Positions 58,469-64,000 of a DNA stretch of 64,000 bases are shown piece after piece; position 1 is the stretch's first letter; every line of letters begins with the position of its first letter. The notes beneath the pieces are model-generated. The model made no database searches, was not told the DNA's origin, and saw only the letters and a list, made by a program, of their open reading frames with translations. The position numbers and the translations under genes are program-made. The stretch comes from the human T2T-CHM13v2.0 reference genome, Homo sapiens. The stretch is taken from NCBI RefSeq assembly GCF_009914755.1, contig NC_060925.1. One strand, written 5' to 3'.

Positions 58469-59194
58469 AGGTGACACCAGATCTAAAGGAGCCTGCCAAG
58501 AGGGATGAGCATTCTAAGGACTGCCTGGATGGGGCACTAAGGAAGCACCAAGCAAGCTCCAGGAGGGAAAGCAGGCAAGGCTGGAGCCGCAGGGAAAGTA
58601 GGCTGCAAAGGGATGTGATCTTGGCCTTTAGGATGTCATTTTACTGTCACTTTGAACATCAAAGAAACCACAAGCACTGAAGACTTCAGCACCATTTGCT
58701 ATAGTCACAGACCTCCCATTTTCCCTGCTAGGGGAAAACTTGGTTGCAGAATCTGGGGAACTGGATCCGCTGACTCGAATGCAGCATAAACTGACTGCAG
58801 GAAATAAGAGGGGACAGGACACACCCCAACCGAGTTCAGGAAGGGAAGGACGGGGCTCAACTAACCAACTGGGATCTGCAGATCTCACCGTATGTCCTTG
58901 GGGTGTGCGCCAACCCCACTCTGCCCCAGATTTTCCTGGGCCAGACCCATGGTCTGCTCTGACCACATCAGATCTCTGTTCCCTCTAAGTTAAATGGGGC
59001 TAATGTAACAATCATACTGTAACAGAACAGTGTGGGACAGGATCATATTTAACAGTTCTGTGTATCTTGCTAATCTTTGTCAGCTTCAAGTCAAGAAAGA
59101 ATAAACTATCACTGGAACCAATTCACATCCTAAAGTTACTTCCAGTGAAAACCGGAATTCATAGAGTAAAACTGTGGTCAGAGACAGAGGCAGT

Positions 59195-59500
59195 TTTATG
59201 GAGATTTTTTTTCTTTATTGGGAAACGTAAGACTTGGGTACATCAAATAAAACCAATTTCTGGGGGAAAAAATCAAAACCCACAATAAAAAAAAAGTTAA
59301 CACTGTCTGGGCCACAGCAGAACCCAAAGAACATATTCGTATAATTGAAAAATTCTAGGTGCTTCATAATTGACCTTTTGATACAAAATGACCTATTAAA
59401 TTTGCAATTTGTAATCCTTGGTGTTGAGGTCCATAGGACAAGCTAGGAAGTCTTCAAACCTTGAGTTGAATTCCATAAGGGGTTATTTGGCTTTTGAATC
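59195..59500 (-). other. PABPC4: PABPC4 terminal non-coding exon (3'UTR) with poly(A) signal AATAAA at 59214-59219
   Basis: tttacag| acceptor at 59501; AATAAA on the minus strand. The cleavage site is inferred. Confidence 0.8.
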
Positions 59501-59589
59501 CTGTAAAGAAAAGCACCAACACAAATAAATGCATAATCAAATAATTTAGATTCATTAACATATAGTGGATAAAGGAAGGTATTCTAGAA

Positions 59590-59700
59590 GAGAGTTTCTC
59601 AACCTCAGTGCTATTGACACTTTGGACATTCTGTTGGGTCTGTCCTCCTGTGTACTGTACAACATTTAGCAGCATCTCTGGTCTTTACCACTAGATGACA
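59590..59700. mobile_element. MER20-like DNA transposon fragment
   Basis: 'tttctcaacctcagtgctattgacactttgga...tttagcagcatctctggtctttaccactagatg'. Confidence 0.6.
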
Positions 59701-60075
59701 AGGCTCCTGAGGCCCTTGACAAGAGGGTCATGACTATGCCAAGTCAACCCTCCCAACACACCAGCTCTGGTCCTTACCATGTGCTTTTTCCTTAGCTTAC
59801 TTTACTGTCTCTTCTTTCCCTATCTGGAGACACCTACAACCATCAACCAGTACTAGTTTTATTATTCACTCAAGCTCCTGCAGACAAAGTCCACAGTCCT
59901 CATGATAAGAAGTCACCTGCAACACACTCCGTGTAACTAACTGTACTTATTGTATTCCCAGAGCTAAGCAGTGAGCATATATACAACCTCAGGTCAAACC
60001 ACAAAGACAATGCTCATAGGAACAATGCTCATAGGAACAAAAATGAAAATAGCCACACATACGGTTTTTCCTTGT

Positions 60076-60165
60076 CTAAGAGGTAGCAGCAGCAACAGCG
60101 CCCACCTTCTGGGCAGCTTCTTTCTTGGCATGATGAGCCTGTAGAACTGCTACAGCTTCATCCAC
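60076..60165 (-). CDS. PABPC4: PABPC4 last coding exon ([29 protein letters not shown]); exon continues to 60063
   Basis: End of the MLLE/PABC domain; TAG at 60078-60076; AG/GT boundaries. Confidence 0.96.
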   Translation of the reverse strand: MDEAVAVLQAHHAKKEAAQKVGAVAAATS

Positions 60166-60450
60166 CTGCGAGAAATCTTCAGGTGGTCAGTGAATCTAGG
60201 AGAGCTACTCCACCCCTCCCCAGTGCCCAGACCTAGTGGTGGACCAAAGCCAACTGTACAGATGATCCCTAGGCTTCTGGTGCTAACTACTTTCCCAAAT
60301 ACCCACTGCAGCCTCCAGTCACAGTCAAGGCATGACGAGAGGGGTCCTGGGGGCAGCAGATCCCACTTTCTGCTGCACCTGGGCATCCAAGTTTGCCCCC
60401 AGTCTTCCCAAGCTGAGAACTGAAGCTGCAGGGTCTGAGCCCCAGCTCAC

Positions 60451-60581
60451 CTTGGAGCGGAGAGACTCGGGGGACTCTAACATGTGCAGCAGCTCAGAGT
60501 TGTCTATCTCCAGCAGCATTCCCGTGATCTTCCCAGCCAGATTTGAATGCATTGTTTGGATGAGTGGGAACAAGCGTTCTC
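60451..60581 (-). CDS. PABPC4: PABPC4 exon ([43 protein letters not shown])
   Basis: KITGMLLE signature of the MLLE domain; 131 nt; AG/GT. Confidence 0.97.
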
Positions 60582-60700
60582 CTATGGGGAGGATAGTTAA
60601 TAAAAAAACAAATCAAATCCCAGTAAACAATGGACACTGGTGTCCTAGCTGGCATCAGGCTCTGGGACCCTCTTCTTCTGCAAGCAAGTGGGTCACTCAC

Positions 60701-60794
60701 CCAGCATCTGCTTCTGTTCCTGGGGGGGTGCTGCAGCCAGCATGGAGGCAGTCAGTGGCTCCTGCCCCTGCACATGGACCGCAGGCTGGGGTGC
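60701..60794 (-). CDS. PABPC4: PABPC4 exon ([31 protein letters not shown])
   Basis: PABP linker/MLLE start; 94 nt; AG/GT. Confidence 0.96.
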
Positions 60795-61991
60795 CTGGGA
60801 ACCAGGAAAGGCAGTGGGTTAGCACTGAGGAAAGGACAACACCTGATGGTGGTTGAGTGCCTGTTCAATATCTGAACATCTGACTATGTGAAAGAGGAGA
60901 GGAGGTGGCTGTCCTTGCTCTAAAGGAACTAATTTCAGTCCTTGAAGGATTGAGGGGTGTGTTGAGGAACAGAGTGGTATGGACATAAACACAACCAATT
61001 ACAATGAAAATGGCATGCTATCAGAAAGCGAAGTGAAACGTAAATAATAAAACAAACCTATAGTGCTAGGCAAGCATTTTCTGACATTTCCTTAATACAC
61101 CCAAAGTTACTCAAGAATGAAAAGCCTTGATATAAATAAGGGTAAACACTTGTATATAACCTTTTCCTGAAAATTAGTTTTCCTTTAGGGTAAATCTCAG
61201 TGCAGATTGGATCAAAGGGAGTAAATATCAACACATTTATAATTACATTCCACATCACCTTAATTCTACCAAATGTTTTTGTATCAAATGCTTAAAAACG
61301 GTCAACATGCAACGTCAATGCTAGTCAAAGCCTTGCAAAGAAAAGGTATTTTACATAGCATCAAGTTCTAGGAAATCCCCAACTTAGAGAGTATGAGACA
61401 GGACAGTTAAAGAGTAATCTCCTAAGCAGCTTATGGGCCTGAAGGCTTAGGGTGACACCTCCACAGCAAATTGCTATTAGGCTCTGAAACAAACTAGTTG
61501 CATCTAGAGCACAGGTCTAGAGACAGCAAGTTACAGCTTAGAAAATCTAAGCTCTAGGTTCAACCCCTTCACCTCCTACACACACTTTACATCTTTGAAG
61601 CTGAACATCCGATCTGTAAGTTGAAGTTATTTCCTGCATTAATGTACCAATCATCTTGCAGAGCAGCCAAGGATCCAATAGGTCATTGGATGCGGAAGTG
61701 ACCTGGAGGCTCAAACAGCTGAATGAGCACATTATTTCGTACAAACAGAAGAGGAAGCACTGGCTGCCCGCTCTGAGGCATTTCTGAGTGAACTGGCATC
61801 AGGCAGAGCACTTTTAAGCCCCTTCTTTCCCACTAGTGAGCCCCTGAAGGGCAGGGACAGTGAATCAGAACATAGCGTCATAACACAGAGCAGGCATTTA
61901 ATACCTGTTGAAGGAATCAAAAGCACAGCTTCTTTTACATCAAGTGGAAATGGGGGAAATCCTTTTAAGCATTCTGTCTGGTGAACCTCAC

Positions 61992-62119
61992 CTGCAGAGG
62001 CTGTATGGCAGGATGAGGGCTGCGGACACTGGAGGCGTATTTGTAGGGGGCAACAGCCCGGGGAGCAGCAGCAGCAACAGCAGCGCGTGGCGCTAAGTTC
62101 TGCACAGCTGTGGGAACGC
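61992..62119 (-). CDS. PABPC4: PABPC4 exon ([42 protein letters not shown])
   Basis: 128 nt; AG/GT; frame-compatible. Confidence 0.93.
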
Positions 62120-62213
62120 CTTAGGGAAAGAACAAATACAATTAAAGCCCATCAGTCTGGGCAAAGACCCGTCAAATCCCATCTTTCCCCCTTCTGTGTG
62201 CATCCAATACCAC

Positions 62214-62300
62214 CTCCAGACTGGCAGCTGTCAGTCAGCCCTTGCTGGGCGGCACCAGCCCCACCAAAGTCCATAGCCAAGCGGTCCGGGCACTCAGACC
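62214..62300 (-). CDS. PABPC4: PABPC4 in-frame cassette-type exon ([28 protein letters not shown])
   Basis: 87 nt, symmetric phase 1-1; ttgtag| acceptor and weak |gtggta donor. Confidence 0.85.
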
Positions 62301-62800
62301 CTACAACAGACCAGCAAATGCACATCAGTGTTGGCGGCAGATGTCCAACTGGCCACGTCCCACGGAAGGAGAAATTTCAAAGCACGTTTACGCAACACAT
62401 TGCACAGGGGGCCACTACTACTTTCGAGGATGAGCCAAAGGATAACATACAACTCTTTCCACATCTTGGAATACAAGACATATTCTGTATACACTGTTTC
62501 CTTGTATTCCTCACCCCACCCAAAAGAACAAGCTGCCTCTGTGGTCATCCAGCTAGCAAACTTCTACAACTAACCTTTTTCACATAGGTCACCGATGAGC
62601 AAAGAATGTTAAAAGCAACTGACACACCTAGAACTCATACTGTTTCTCTGCTCCTGAAGTGGCCACCTAAGCACACAGCTAAGATTACAGAACCAGGACT
62701 CGATAAATTCGAGCCCAACAAACTGACCAACCCAGGACAGAGCCTAGTCATCCTGACTCCCTCCTCCCCAGGCCACACTTCTAAAGGCCAGTTTGCTCAC

Positions 62801-62920
62801 CGACTCTCTGAGTGGTAGTAGGGAGGCCACGAGAGGCCGGAGCATTACCAGTTGGAGCCAGATGGCGAAGAGTTGGACGAGGCCCAGACTGGCGTATAGC
62901 ACTTGGCATTCCTTGGAAGC
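62801..62920 (-). CDS. PABPC4: PABPC4 exon ([23 protein letters not shown][[16 protein letters not shown]]) with an alternative internal donor at 62849
   Basis: Two in-frame donors 48 nt apart (GTAATG and GTGAGC). Confidence 0.9.
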
Positions 62921-63063
62921 CTGGTGAAGAGAAAAATTGCACATCATTGAGAAGTGATGTGGACCAGAACCTAGGCTGTGCCTCAGAGTGGGGAAGAAGG
63001 AAAGGCAGGGGAGACCAGGACAGGTATATCCTGGGCTGTCAATTACTGTTCCCCACCACCTAC

Positions 63064-63151
63064 CTTGAGGTCTCCCACCTTGCTGCCAGCGTGGATTAGG
63101 CCTCATCTGTGCTAACTGGTTAGGTGTATAATATGGAGGCCTTCCCTGAGC
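63064..63151 (-). CDS. PABPC4: PABPC4 exon ([29 protein letters not shown])
   Basis: 88 nt; AG/GT. Confidence 0.94.
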
Positions 63152-63390
63152 CTGTAAGACAGAAGAATACCCAAACACCCCCTTAAGGACTGAACCCATC
63201 CTAGAGAAGTATCTCATCTCATCTCACTAACCAGGACCTAAGCTAATTATTTAAATGTTCTTTCTATTCAAGAGCTGAGGGGTCAGCTAATGGGGACTGT
63301 TTTATGCTACCACTGCCACTGTGGGTGTGTGTTTGTGACCATGGGTAAGTCCTTCATTTTTACTTGAAGGGTCCTTATTGTGACATTCTA

Positions 63391-63756
<366 letters not shown>

Positions 63757-64000
63757 CTACAAAATGAGACCAGCTACTTAAGAAATAAGGTGTCCCTGGC
63801 TGGGTGTGATGGCTTGTGCCTGTAATCCCAGCACTTTGGAAGGCTGAGGTGGGAGGGCTGCTTGAGCTCAGGAGGTTGAGACCAGCTTGAGCAATGTAGT
63901 GAGACCTCATCTCAAAAAAACAAAGGGCCAGGCGCAGTGGCTCATGCCTGTAATCCCAGCACTTTGGGAGGCCGAGGTGGGTGGATCACGAGGTCAGGAA

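Noticed and set aside
60007-60040. 15-bp tandem duplication (acaatgctcatagga)x2, and similar micro-duplications at ~9103 and ~49027
   Set aside because: Ordinary slippage events with no evidence of function.

Overview
Human genomic DNA that I recognise from its coding sequences as the chr1p34 BMP8A-PABPC4 interval. It is Alu-dense and has no prokaryotic features. On the + strand are BMP8A exons 2-7 (exon 1 is upstream of the window) and a long 3'UTR. The intronless, frameshifted SCOT-t pseudogene OXCT2P1 is nested in BMP8A intron 3. On the - strand are an unprocessed PPIE-like pseudogene (PPIEL; exons 1-8 and 10 found, ~29.9-58.1 kb) and the last 9 exons of PABPC4. The most unusual structure is at 2045-3951, a HERV-K(HML-2) LTR5-type insertion with a 5-bp target-site duplication and no internal viral genes. 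It instead carries a near-complete copy of its tRNA-Lys(CTT) primer (tRNA nt 11-76) fused to the U5 end. This looks like a fossilised aberrant reverse-transcription intermediate, later expanded into a 459-bp tandem repeat by unequal crossover. Other signals include an Alu-mediated 1.08-kb tandem duplication, a tail-to-tail AluY pair sharing private variants, a ~0.7-kb inversion splitting an Alu and an L1, and signs of GC-biased gene conversion in the BMP8A/OXCT2P1 block. Gene names, repeat subfamilies and paralogue comparisons rest on my recall of reference sequences, not on database searches.
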